A DNA stretch of 64,000 nt from Verrucomicrobiia bacterium (GCA_963664225.1 OY760937.1:1792001-1856000), one strand, 5' to 3'. Shown: positions 1 through 8,376, counted from the first letter of the stretch. Numbers and translations: made by a program. The notes: a model not told the origin generated them from the sequence alone.

Positions 1-1
1 G

Positions 2-145
2 GCCGTGGAAGCCGCCGGGCGCGCCTTCATCGAAAAGCACGGCGCCGAAAATCTGCCCAAAGTGGCCAAGATGCATTTCCGCACCTCCTTCCGCATCCAG
101 GGCCTGCCCGAGCCGCCGAAATACGAGTGGAAGAAGAAGGGGTAA
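2..145 (+). CDS. rnhC: Ribonuclease HIII, C-terminal fragment (gene starts before window)
   Basis: Hand translation AVEAAGRAFIEKHGAENLPKVAKMHFRT...KKKG*; VAKxHFxT is the RNase HIII C-terminal motif. Confidence 0.7.
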   Translation, partial: AVEAAGRAFIEKHGAENLPKVAKMHFRTSFRIQGLPEPPKYEWKKKG

Positions 146-165
146 TGCCTGAGGACGTGAAAAGT

Positions 166-325
166 AAACCGCTAACTCGCGGGGAATCACTAATGGATTA
201 AAACCACTTTTTATTAGTGGCAATTAGTGTCAATTAGCGGTTTCAATCCGTGTTCATCTGCGGCATCTGCGGATTATACTTCCTTGTTTTTCTTTCCTCC
301 GCGCCTCTGTGTCTCAGTGGTTAAC
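166..325. repeat. Intergenic mosaic of short 9-10 nt period repeats
   Basis: Inverted pair AAACCGCTAA (166-175)/TTAGCGGTTT (234-243); tandem ATTAGTGGCA-ATTAGTGTCA-ATTAGCGGTT (213-242); tandem CATCTGCGG; related copy at 3137-3167. Confidence 0.7.
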
Positions 326-874
326 CCGCCCCTCCCGCTGCCACAGTTCCCAATAATACAGGGCCACAACCACGAGCGAATGCCGGATCTTCCCTTCGCG
401 CACCAATGCCGGAATGGAGTCCACAGGGACCAGCCGCGTGACGAGGTCTTCGCCGTGGTCAAATTCAGTGGGATGCGTCTCCCGGCAGTTCCGCACGAAA
501 ACCGTGTGGCAGGTGTTGCTCATGATGGCCGGATTTGGAAAGACCTGGCCTATGATCCCGGCGGATTCGCCGGTATAACCCGTTTCTTCGCGCAGCTCCC
601 TCAATCCGGCGGCCAGCGGTGACGCATCCTGCGGATCGATCATTCCCCCTGGAATCTCAAGCTCCACCGTGTTGGTGCCGTGGCGGTACTGCTCGATCAT
701 CACCATTTCCTCCTTGGGCGTCACCGCGACCACGTTCACCCAATCGACCGTGTCGATGACATAGAAATCGTGACTGGCGCCCGTGCGGGGAGAGACTTTG
801 CGGTCGGAGCGGATTTTGAAGATCGAATAATCCGCCAGGGCGCGGGAGCCTTCTTTTGGCCAGGGGCGAATCAT
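314..874 (-). CDS. NUDIX hydrolase (ADP-ribose pyrophosphatase-like)
   Basis: Nudix box GGMIDPQDASPLAAGLRELREETGY; start MIRPWP at 874 overlaps upstream stop (ATGA). Confidence 0.9.
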   Translation of the reverse strand: MIRPWPKEGSRALADYSIFKIRSDRKVSPRTGASHDFYVIDTVDWVNVVAVTPKEEMVMIEQYRHGTNTVELEIPGGMIDPQDASPLAAGLRELREETGYTGESAGIIGQVFPNPAIMSNTCHTVFVRNCRETHPTEFDHGEDLVTRLVPVDSIPALVREGKIRHSLVVVALYYWELWQREGRVNH

Positions 875-1077
875 AATCCTTTTTCCTTTGCGGCCCAACC
901 CTCGCGCATGAGCTTCAACAAATGCGCCATGGCCTCGACCTTTGAACAACCCTTTTTGGCGGCAAGCTGGTCGGCGCGCTTGTCGAGTTGAGCGGCCATC
1001 CCGGCGGTTTTATCCGCCGGACAGCCCATTTGCTTTAAGAGCTCTGAAAGTTCAGTGACGTCCAAGGGAAACTCCAT
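871..1077 (-). CDS. Small hypothetical protein (68 aa)
   Basis: ATG-started ORF translationally coupled to the NUDIX gene. Confidence 0.75.
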   Translation of the reverse strand: MEFPLDVTELSELLKQMGCPADKTAGMAAQLDKRADQLAAKKGCSKVEAMAHLLKLMREGWAAKEKGL

Positions 1078-1117
1078 TTTTGTGCGTCACAGCCATCGAT
1101 TGACGGTTGGCCTGCGA

Positions 1118-1750
1118 CTACTTGACCGAGTCCGCAGGAACGATCTTCACGCTCTCGAGACCTACGCGCGTCAGCGGAACGCTTTTCTCACCGGAATTTC
1201 CGACACCCACCGGGGAGTCCCCGAGCTTGCCCAGAACGTCGTCGCCCTTGATGACATGCCCGAAAGCGGTGTATTGACCGTTCAGGAAGGAGGCATCACC
1301 CAGACAGATGAAGAACTGGCTGCCCGCGCTGTCCGGGTTTTGGGAACGGGCCATGGAAAGGACGCCCCGCTCGTGTTTGCGATTGTTGAACTCGGCCTTG
1401 ATCTTGTAACCGGGGCCGCCGGTGCCCACGGCCGGGCTGTTGCTCTTGCTCAGGGGATCGCCGCCCTGAATCATGAATCCCTTGATGATGCGATGAAAGG
1501 CGGTTCCATCGTAAAAGCCCTGATTGGCGAGCTTCTTGAAATTCTCAACCGTGTTGGGGGCGACATCGGACCAGAATTCGATGACCATTTCGCCTTCGGC
1601 GGTTTTAAGTATGGCGACTTCGTTGGTAGTTGCTGTGCTCACAATATTAGTTTCTTTTGATGTGGACGTGGTGGATTGAGGCCCCTGACTGCATGCGGTC
1701 AGCAGTCCGGCCATAAGTCCCAATAAAACAAGGTTCAAACCGTATTTCAT
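1118..1750 (-). CDS. Cyclophilin-type peptidyl-prolyl isomerase, lipoprotein
   Basis: FYDGTAFHRIIKGFMIQGGDP, SMARS..PDSAGSQFFI; lipobox LTAC after MKYGL start at 1750. Confidence 0.95.
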   Translation of the reverse strand: MKYGLNLVLLGLMAGLLTACSQGPQSTTSTSKETNIVSTATTNEVAILKTAEGEMVIEFWSDVAPNTVENFKKLANQGFYDGTAFHRIIKGFMIQGGDPLSKSNSPAVGTGGPGYKIKAEFNNRKHERGVLSMARSQNPDSAGSQFFICLGDASFLNGQYTAFGHVIKGDDVLGKLGDSPVGVGNSGEKSVPLTRVGLESVKIVPADSVK

Positions 1751-1857
1751 GGGTTCATTATTCGCACATGCGCGGCCCCTTGTCACGCGCCGAACGAGAA
1801 CAGGAGATTGGAGAAAGCGCGGGAGAAAGCTTCGGCAGGCGAAAACCGTCCGGAACA

Positions 1858-1917
1858 AACATGGAAGAGCAGGATTGGGGGATGGGATTTGATTCAACGC
1901 CTAAAGCGTTGGGATTT
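1858..1917. repeat. Composite intergenic repeat, second copy at 31664-31735
   Basis: 1884-1917 GGGATTTGATTCAACGCCTAAAGCGTTGGGATTT matches 31702-31735 at 31/34 nt; both preceded by AACATGGA..CAGGAT; internal hairpin CAACGC/GCGTTG. Confidence 0.75.
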
Positions 1918-1963
1918 CCGGGGGAGGAGGGGCGGCACGCGAAGGGGGGAGGAGCAACGGTAT

Positions 1964-2905
1964 TTAATTTGAGAGTGCAAAATCTGGGTTTTTGAGGATT
2001 TGGTTCATCAGGACAATGAGTTTGCGCATGACGGCGGTGAGCGCGACTTTGGCGGGCTTGCCCGCCAATCGGAGTCGTTCGTAGAACTCCTTGAGTTGGC
2101 GATTGCAGCGCGCAGCCACCAGGGCGGCCATGTAGAGGGCACGTCTAACGGCGGCTCTTCCGCCACCGATGGAGCGGCGGCCTTGCCACTGGCCGCTTTC
2201 TCGAGGATGTGGAGCCAGTCCGGCCAAGGCGGCGGCCTGCCCCCGATTGAGCGTGCCCAACTCGGGCAGCTCAGCCAAAACCCCCAAGGCGGTAATCGCG
2301 CCCACCCCGGTGATGGCTTCGAGTTTTTTTGCGCGTTCATCCAGTTCTGTGGTTTTCTGGCGCAGCGCTTTGAGTTGGGTCTCGATATGCTCCAGATCCC
2401 GTTCCAATCGACGCAGCAGGCTCTGGGCCTGGCGGCGCAACTTGGGCAGCGTGAGGCGTTCGATCTGATGGCGCTGGCTAATAAGCAGATCAAGGATCTG
2501 AGTGCGGCGGCGAACCAGTTCGGTCAACTGCTCCTCCACCTCGGAACGCGCGGGCGTGGGTTTGGGGGCGAAGGCCTGCCCATAGGCGGAGAGGACGGCG
2601 GCATCTATACGGTCGGTTTTGGCCCGTTGTCCCTGGGCGCGGGCGAAATGCCGGACGCGGGCGGGATTGATGATGCTGACAGGAATGCTGGCATGATGGA
2701 GGGCGTCAGCCACCTCACGCTCGTAGCCGCCGGTGGCTTCACAGATGACGTGAGCGCCGGGATGCTGCGCCAGGAGTTTGACGAGCTGGCGATGACCGGC
2801 GGCGGTATTGGGCAGATGGTGGGAACGACCGGCCAGTTGGAGATCAAGACTCAGCTTGGCAATATCCAAACCAGCGTAGATAGTGGTCATAGTGTTCTGG
2901 CTCAT
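1964..2905 (-). CDS. IS110 DEDD recombinase/transposase
   Basis: GLDIAK, CEATG, KTDRIDA (DEDD) and RESG serine motif; start at 2905 or 2890. Confidence 0.97.
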   Translation of the reverse strand: MSQNTMTTIYAGLDIAKLSLDLQLAGRSHHLPNTAAGHRQLVKLLAQHPGAHVICEATGGYEREVADALHHASIPVSIINPARVRHFARAQGQRAKTDRIDAAVLSAYGQAFAPKPTPARSEVEEQLTELVRRRTQILDLLISQRHQIERLTLPKLRRQAQSLLRRLERDLEHIETQLKALRQKTTELDERAKKLEAITGVGAITALGVLAELPELGTLNRGQAAALAGLAPHPRESGQWQGRRSIGGGRAAVRRALYMAALVAARCNRQLKEFYERLRLAGKPAKVALTAVMRKLIVLMNQILKNPDFALSN

Positions 2906-3114
2906 TCTTGTAAATACGAGCAGGCCTTGGTGGGCCGCTCAAGCAACGGTTCGAGTTTAGGACACAGGCACGAACGGCTCTGGCTCCTCGCGCATTTGGT
3001 TAAAAACCAATGCAAGAAGGAAACGAGCTCGTCCGCGCCACTGTCCTGCCGCCTGCAGGCGGCAGGACAGTTCCATCTATTCCGTCTTTTCAAACAAAAC
3101 AAGAATAGATGGAA
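2892..3114 (-). ncRNA. Predicted bridge RNA of the IS110 element
   Basis: Two internal loops, each with inner and outer stems: guides TTTCCTTCT (3023-3015) and GAGGAG (2989-2984); ACCGTTGCT (2950-2942) and TACAAG (2912-2907). These match the element flanks and ends. Transcript ends are approximate. Confidence 0.85.
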
Positions 3115-3136
3115 AATCAGATACAAGGAAGGAAGG

Positions 3137-3167
3137 AAACCGCTAATGGGAGGGAATTGACGCTAAT
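3137..3167. repeat. AAACCGCTAAT..GCTAAT repeat unit
   Basis: Same family as 166-243 (reverse complement AAACCGCTAATTGACACTAATTGCCACTAAT). Confidence 0.65.
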
Positions 3168-3235
3168 AGGAAGGGAATGGGGATTTGGAAAATGATATTT
3201 AGCCTGATTTACAGTTTCTCTGCGAGGCGATGGCC

Positions 3236-3258
3236 GAGCCGGCTGAAAGCCGGGACTC
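3236..3258. repeat. REP-like hairpin forming the intron 5' exon
   Basis: GAG-CCGGCT-GAA-AGCCGG-GA-CTC; continues as CATAC (3879-3883) after the intron. Confidence 0.7.
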
Positions 3259-3878
3259 GTGTGTCTGGCAGGTATTGGATCTATTGGGATGAAAGGAGCC
3301 CAACGGGGGCGGTGACGCCAACCGTAGCGGTAGGCCAGGTTCGATCCGCGAGGGTCGGGCGCGAAAGGGCCGAGAGCAAAGGCGCGACCGTAGGAACACG
3401 AACGGGCAGTGAGGCCGGGTGCGTGGGTTAGCTGGCGAGTAACGGCGAAACCCAAAGGTCATCCAAACGCATCAGGTAGAGCCCGGCGGCGCGCGCCGAC
3501 AGAGTCAATACCGACCCAGAGAGATCTGTCCCGTGAGAGCGGGACAGAAGTCAGCAGAGGCCATAGTAGTGATGAGGCCCGGTGAAAGCCGGGAGGAGCG
3601 AAGGGCCGAAGGAACAAACGGAGCCAACCAAGGCGTTGGACATGAGGACGAGTGATGGAATGAAGCAACAGGACGCAACAATTACGGTTACCATCCTGGC
3701 ACTGGCAAACGGCGGGCCCAACGCTGGAAGCGCCCAACCCGTCGAAGCATTCCGGGGTCACATGTCTGCACGACTGGGAAGGAAGAACTCTGAATGTTCC
3801 AACCGCCGGATGCGAGAAAACCGCACGTCCGGTGGTGTGGGAGGGTGCCGGGGCGAAATCCCTGGCACCCGACCCGAT
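3259..3878 (+). mobile_element. ORF-less group II intron, class IIC (620 nt ribozyme)
   Basis: 5' GTGTG; GAAGTCAGCAGAGGCCATAGTAG D3 motif; D5 ACCGCCGGATGCG..CGCACGTCCGGTGGT (3802-3836) with CGC triad; D6 hairpin ending ACCCGAT; D4 only ~190 nt with no RT/YADD. Confidence 0.92.
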
Positions 3879-3891
3879 CATACTCCGGAAC

Positions 3892-3915
3892 GCCGGGCCG
3901 GGGGACCCGGCCTAC
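3892..3915 (-). repeat. GTAG-type REP-like hairpin
   Basis: Minus strand GTAG-GCCGGG-TCCCCCGG-CCCGGC. Confidence 0.6.
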
Positions 3916-4059
3916 AAGTTGATGCGCCGGATAATGCGATGGACTGGTCGGATGAAGCTGGGAGACCAAACCAAGGAAAATACGGCAGAGTTTAGGTCAG
4001 GGTTTCCACCGCCCCTTAAATTGCCTTTCGCAATGGTCCTGATGCGGTATTCTTGAGGC

Positions 4060-5718
4060 GTGTCTGATACGCAAACAAAACAACACCCGGTGCGGATCGG
4101 TTTGATCTCGCTGGGTTGCGCAAAGAATCTGGTGGATTCGGAAGTCATGCTCGGCTCGCTGGCGCGGGATGGCATGGAGATCACCAATGACGCCTCGCTG
4201 GCCGATGTCGTCATTGTGAACACCTGTTCGTTCATCGACTCCGCCCAGGAAGAGAGCGTGGATACCGTGCTCGCCGCATCCCAAACGCGGGATGCGGAAT
4301 ACCCGCATCAGGCCGTGATCGTGGCCGGTTGCCTGCCGCAGCGTTTTCAAAAAGAACTGCCCGGCCTGTTGCCCGAGGTGGACGCCTTCATGGGTCTGGA
4401 CCAGGTGCCGCAGGTGGCCCAAATCGTGCGCGAAGCGCTGGCCCACCGGTCCGCGCGACTGGCTGCGCCAGCGGAACGCAAGACACGTTCAAAGAAGCTC
4501 ATACAAAAGCATTTGGAGGCATTGGACAAGGCGCATCCTGAAACCGAAGACCGCCCCATGCGGGCGGGCGCCACTTCCACGAAAACCAGCAAAGTCAGTT
4601 TGCCCGAACCGGTGAATCTGGTCAGTCCCCGTTCGGTCTATGTGCCGGATTACAATACCCCACGGTTCCGACTGACGCCGCGGCATCTGGCGTATGTGAA
4701 GATCGCCGAGGGCTGCAATCATCCGTGCAGTTTCTGCATCATTCCGCGCATTCGCGGATCGCACCGCAGCCGTGTGCAATCGGATATTGTGGCCGAGGCA
4801 CGCCAGTTGATTGCCTCGGGCGTGCGGGAGCTGAACCTGATTTCGCAGGATACCACCTATTACGGTCTGGATTTGCGGCCCGGACGCGATGGTTCCATCT
4901 CCGCCCCGGAAAAATTCACCGCCGCGAACCTCTCGCTTCCTTCCGGCTCGTCCACCCTCCCGACCTTACTGCGGGAATTAAACGGCATCGAGGGCGATTT
5001 CTGGATCCGGCTCCTCTACACCCATCCGGCGCATTGGACCCCGGAATTAATTGAAACCATCGCGGCCTGCGAAAAGGTGGCGCGGTATGTGGATATGCCC
5101 CTGCAGCATATTCATCCGGTGATGCTTGAACGGATGCGGCGCGAAACCACCCGCCAGTATATTCTCGATCTGATCGAGAAAATCCGGGCCGGAGTTCCGG
5201 GCATTGCGCTGAGAACGACGTTCATCGTCGGTTTCCCGGGCGAAACGTCGGAGGCCTTCCAGATGCTTCTGGACTTCATTCGTTCAGCGCGTTTCGAGCG
5301 GTTGGGGGTGTTTGCCTATTCGCAGGAAGATGGGACGCGCGCCTCGAAAATGGAGGGGCAGATTCCCGTTTCGGTTAAAAAGCAACGTCACCAGCAGGCC
5401 ATGGCCGCGCAATTGGAGGTGGCCCGCACGGTGTCTGAATCGTTCGTCAACCGCACCATCCGCGTGCTGGTGGAGGACGAGGCCAGCGCGAAAGAGTTAC
5501 AGCAGGCCCGGGTGCAAAGCTGGGAACATGGCCTGGTCCGGGGCAAGGACTACCATGAAAGCCAGCTCAAAGGGCTTTATCTGGTGGCGCGCGGCGATGC
5601 GGACGCGCCGGACATTGACGGCCGGGTCTATGTGCGTGGCAAGCTGCCCATGGGCGAATTTGCCCAGGTAAAAATAATCGGCCACACCGATTACGATCTC
5701 ATTGCCGAACCGGCCTGA
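4060..5718 (+). CDS. rimO: Ribosomal protein S12 methylthiotransferase
   Basis: SLGCAKNLVDSE, NTCSFI, YVKIAEGCNHPCSFC radical SAM motif, APDIDG TRAM region. Confidence 0.95.
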   Translation: MSDTQTKQHPVRIGLISLGCAKNLVDSEVMLGSLARDGMEITNDASLADVVIVNTCSFIDSAQEESVDTVLAASQTRDAEYPHQAVIVAGCLPQRFQKELPGLLPEVDAFMGLDQVPQVAQIVREALAHRSARLAAPAERKTRSKKLIQKHLEALDKAHPETEDRPMRAGATSTKTSKVSLPEPVNLVSPRSVYVPDYNTPRFRLTPRHLAYVKIAEGCNHPCSFCIIPRIRGSHRSRVQSDIVAEARQLIASGVRELNLISQDTTYYGLDLRPGRDGSISAPEKFTAANLSLPSGSSTLPTLLRELNGIEGDFWIRLLYTHPAHWTPELIETIAACEKVARYVDMPLQHIHPVMLERMRRETTRQYILDLIEKIRAGVPGIALRTTFIVGFPGETSEAFQMLLDFIRSARFERLGVFAYSQEDGTRASKMEGQIPVSVKKQRHQQAMAAQLEVARTVSESFVNRTIRVLVEDEASAKELQQARVQSWEHGLVRGKDYHESQLKGLYLVARGDADAPDIDGRVYVRGKLPMGEFAQVKIIGHTDYDLIAEPA

Positions 5719-5878
5719 TTGGGTATAGTCTTGCGCGGTTAATGTCTTCAGGCCACGCTGCATACTTAAAGCCGGGTGAAGGACTGGTACTTTTGCGCCA
5801 GTCCCGGTGGTTGGCTTTCACACCTTTCCCCTCGCTCAGGCGCGCGATTCATAACCCATCGGATGAAGGACGAATCGC

Positions 5879-6451
5879 GTGAATTTACCCAATCAACTCA
5901 CCGTTTCGCGTCTGGCGCTGACTGTGGCTTTTCTGGTCTGCCTGATGTCCCCGATGCCCTATGGCCAAACGCTGGCCCTGGTTTTCTTTGTGGCTGCGAG
6001 TCTGACGGATTATTACGACGGCAAGATCGCGCGACGCGACAAGCTCATCACCAACTTTGGCATTCTCATGGATCCGCTGGCGGACAAAATCCTGATCTGC
6101 TCGGCGTTCATCGCATTTGTCGATCTGCGCCTGATGCCCGCGTGGATGGTGGTGGTCATCGTCTGCCGCGAATTAATCATCACCGGATTGCGCTTGCTGG
6201 CGGCCTCCAAACAGGTGGTGCTGGCGGCTGAAGGCTACGGCAAACATAAAACCGCCTCACAGATCACCGCCATCATAGCCATGCTGGTCTTCATCAGTTA
6301 CGCACAATGGGGCGGCTGGTCCCGGGCGATTTTCGACCCATGGATCGACTTCTTCCAAAACGCCATGAAATGGGTCGCGGTCTTCCTCACGCTCCTTTCC
6401 GGTGGAATGTATCTCTGGCGCAACCGCGCCATGTATCTGGCGGATCTGTAG
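5879..6451 (+). CDS. pgsA: CDP-diacylglycerol--glycerol-3-phosphate 3-phosphatidyltransferase
   Basis: NLPNQLT, DYYDGKIAR...GILMDPLADK CDP-alcohol phosphotransferase motif. Confidence 0.95.
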   Translation: MNLPNQLTVSRLALTVAFLVCLMSPMPYGQTLALVFFVAASLTDYYDGKIARRDKLITNFGILMDPLADKILICSAFIAFVDLRLMPAWMVVVIVCRELIITGLRLLAASKQVVLAAEGYGKHKTASQITAIIAMLVFISYAQWGGWSRAIFDPWIDFFQNAMKWVAVFLTLLSGGMYLWRNRAMYLADL

Positions 6452-6461
6452 GAATCCGCCC

Positions 6462-6998
6462 ATGAACACTCCCCCATCCCGAACAACAACGGATGCGGTC
6501 ATTCTTTGGGCCGCTCAAGGCTTCGGTATCGGTCGCATTCCCGTAGCCCCCGGCACATGGGGATCGCTCCTGGGCGCGGGCTGGCTCCTGATCTTGCTGG
6601 CACCGGGCCAGCTCTGGATTTACATCGCGGGTCTCATTTTAAGCAGCTTTTTCTCCGTCTGGGTCTGCGGGCGCGCCGAAAAAATCCTCGGCCTCACGGA
6701 TCCCGGTTCCGTGGTCATGGACGAAATCATCGCCGTGCCCCTGTGCTTTGGGGCTTGGATCCTGCTCCAGATGAGCCGGACAGGTCATATTCCGAATCCC
6801 GGCGCGCTATTGGAGCCAAAAAACCTGCCGGTATTCATCGGACTGGTCATCGCCTTTCGTTTTTTCGATATCGCCAAACCCTGGCCTGTGCGCCAGAGCC
6901 AGTGTCTGCCGGGCGGTTGGGGCATTACCATCGACGATCTCCTGGCCGCGCTGTATGTAAACCTAAGCTACCTGATTGGGGTCCTTCTTTTTCGATAA
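6462..6998 (+). CDS. pgpA: Phosphatidylglycerophosphatase A
   Basis: APGTWGS, DPGSVVMDE, FRFFDIAKPWP, GITIDD. Confidence 0.95.
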   Translation: MNTPPSRTTTDAVILWAAQGFGIGRIPVAPGTWGSLLGAGWLLILLAPGQLWIYIAGLILSSFFSVWVCGRAEKILGLTDPGSVVMDEIIAVPLCFGAWILLQMSRTGHIPNPGALLEPKNLPVFIGLVIAFRFFDIAKPWPVRQSQCLPGGWGITIDDLLAALYVNLSYLIGVLLFR

Positions 6999-7047
6999 TT
7001 CCTTGCGCGGCGATTGACAGACTGTCCCGGTGGTTCAGACTGTGCGG

Positions 7048-7752
7048 ATGCGCGCGAACCAGCTTCCAAAGGCGGTGATTTTCGACATGGACGGCGTTTT
7101 GGCTGATTCCGAGCCGATGATTTGCGCCGCGGCCTGCGCCATGTTTCTCGAACGCGGCCTTGCGGTGCAACCGGAGGATTTTTCGCCGTTTGTTGGCACG
7201 GGCGAGAACTCCTACCTCGGCGGCGTTGCCAGAAAATATCAATTTCCCATCGATATTCCCGCCGCCAAAAAGCGGACCTACGAAATCTACCTGGAAATGG
7301 TGCCAGGTCATTTGAAGGCATTTCCCGGGGCTGAAAAACTGGTGCGGGATTGCCGGGCGGCAGGATTGAAGATCGCCCTGGCCTCCAGCGCCGACCCCAT
7401 CAAAATCGAGGCGAATCTGGCAGCCATCAACCTGCCGCCCGGGCTTTGGGATGCGGTGGTTTCCGGCGCGGATGTGAAGCATAAGAAGCCGGCGCCCGAT
7501 CTCTTCCTCGAAGCGGCGCGGCGGTTACAGGAACCTCCGGAACGCTGCGTGGTGGTTGAGGATGCCATGCACGGCATTCAAGCGGCGGTGGCGGCGGGCA
7601 TGCGTTGTGTGGCGGTGGCGCACACGTTTTCGCACGGTCAATTATGCGGGGCGGCCCTGGTGCGCGCCACTGTGGCGGAAATCAGCCTCGATGATTTGCT
7701 GAACGTGGACTCCAATGGGACGCCTGCAATCGAAGTCACCCAACCGATCTGA
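7048..7752 (+). CDS. HAD-superfamily phosphatase (beta-PGM/CbbY-like)
   Basis: IFDMDGVLADSE, KPAPD, VEDA..G. Confidence 0.92.
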   Translation: MRANQLPKAVIFDMDGVLADSEPMICAAACAMFLERGLAVQPEDFSPFVGTGENSYLGGVARKYQFPIDIPAAKKRTYEIYLEMVPGHLKAFPGAEKLVRDCRAAGLKIALASSADPIKIEANLAAINLPPGLWDAVVSGADVKHKKPAPDLFLEAARRLQEPPERCVVVEDAMHGIQAAVAAGMRCVAVAHTFSHGQLCGAALVRATVAEISLDDLLNVDSNGTPAIEVTQPI

Positions 7753-7766
7753 CCGCAAACCGCCGA

Positions 7767-8285
7767 CTACTTTCTTAAGGGACGCCCGGAATTGCCATCC
7801 AGCTTTTCTGGTTGTTCCGGTTCCAGTAACACGGCCAGGCAGGCCAGCCATGCCCCCAGACTCACGGTAACAAGGCAAAACAGAACCATCCAAAAACCGC
7901 TCAGGGTCCCGGCACGAACCAGCATCCACGACAGCGCCAGCAGCAGCACATCGGCCGCAAACAGGGAGAGTTGGACCAAACCGATGGGAACCGGGGACGC
8001 TGCGGGGCGAACTTCAGGTTGGGATTGAGGCTTCGCCGTTTTATCTTCGGCGGATTTGATACCGGTCCTGAACAAGTCCGGGGCCACCGGTGGCGACGTA
8101 ACGTCCAGGGGCAGTTCATCGCGCGCAGGAATCCCGTTGCCTCTGAGCAGGCTGCCCAGGCCCGGGGTCACCGAGGTGAGATCCAATTGATCGGACGCAG
8201 GCGCGGCACTCCCCTCCGGACTGGCGTTCTTGCGCGAGCCTTCCAGCAGATTTCCCAGACTTCGTCCCAAAGCGGGTTTTGTCAC
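7767..8285 (-). CDS. Hypothetical membrane protein with ParB-like N-terminal peptide
   Basis: GTG start, (M)TKPALGRSLGNLL, Pro-rich linker, two C-terminal hydrophobic helices. Confidence 0.7.
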   Translation of the reverse strand: MTKPALGRSLGNLLEGSRKNASPEGSAAPASDQLDLTSVTPGLGSLLRGNGIPARDELPLDVTSPPVAPDLFRTGIKSAEDKTAKPQSQPEVRPAASPVPIGLVQLSLFAADVLLLALSWMLVRAGTLSGFWMVLFCLVTVSLGAWLACLAVLLEPEQPEKLDGNSGRPLRK

Positions 8286-8324
8286 AAGCACAGGTTTAAT
8301 GAGTCATGGCCTTGGAGCAACAAT

Positions 8325-8354
8325 AAAAAAGGACACGTCCTGACAGACGTGTCC
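8325..8354 (-). terminator. Intrinsic terminator after secG
   Basis: 9-bp stem GGACACGTC/GACGTGTCC followed by T6 on minus strand. Confidence 0.85.
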
Positions 8355-8376
8355 CTGTATTCAAAAAAGAAGCGGC

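Larger units (their letters stand above)
1953..3127 (-). mobile_element. IS110-family (IS621-like) insertion sequence, complete
   Basis: Minus-strand left end CT|TGTAT (3127-3121), right end ACCGTTG|CT (1961-1953); CT core at both ends; long non-coding left end upstream of the recombinase; no terminal IRs. Confidence 0.92.

Noticed and set aside
213..242. Tandem repeats as a mini CRISPR array
   Set aside because: 10-nt units without spacers; no cas genes in the window
1953..1980. Strong sigma70 promoter formed at the IS110 circle junction
   Set aside because: At 17-nt spacing from TATCTG the -35 would be CTCAAA, too weak to call from sequence
2000..3160. 386-aa plus-strand ORF
   Set aside because: Antisense shadow of the IS110 recombinase in GC-rich DNA
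3582..3995. 137-aa ORF (and overlapping ORFs 3177-3969) as intron-encoded or novel proteins
   Set aside because: No RT/maturase motifs; they run through structured intron domains D3-D6
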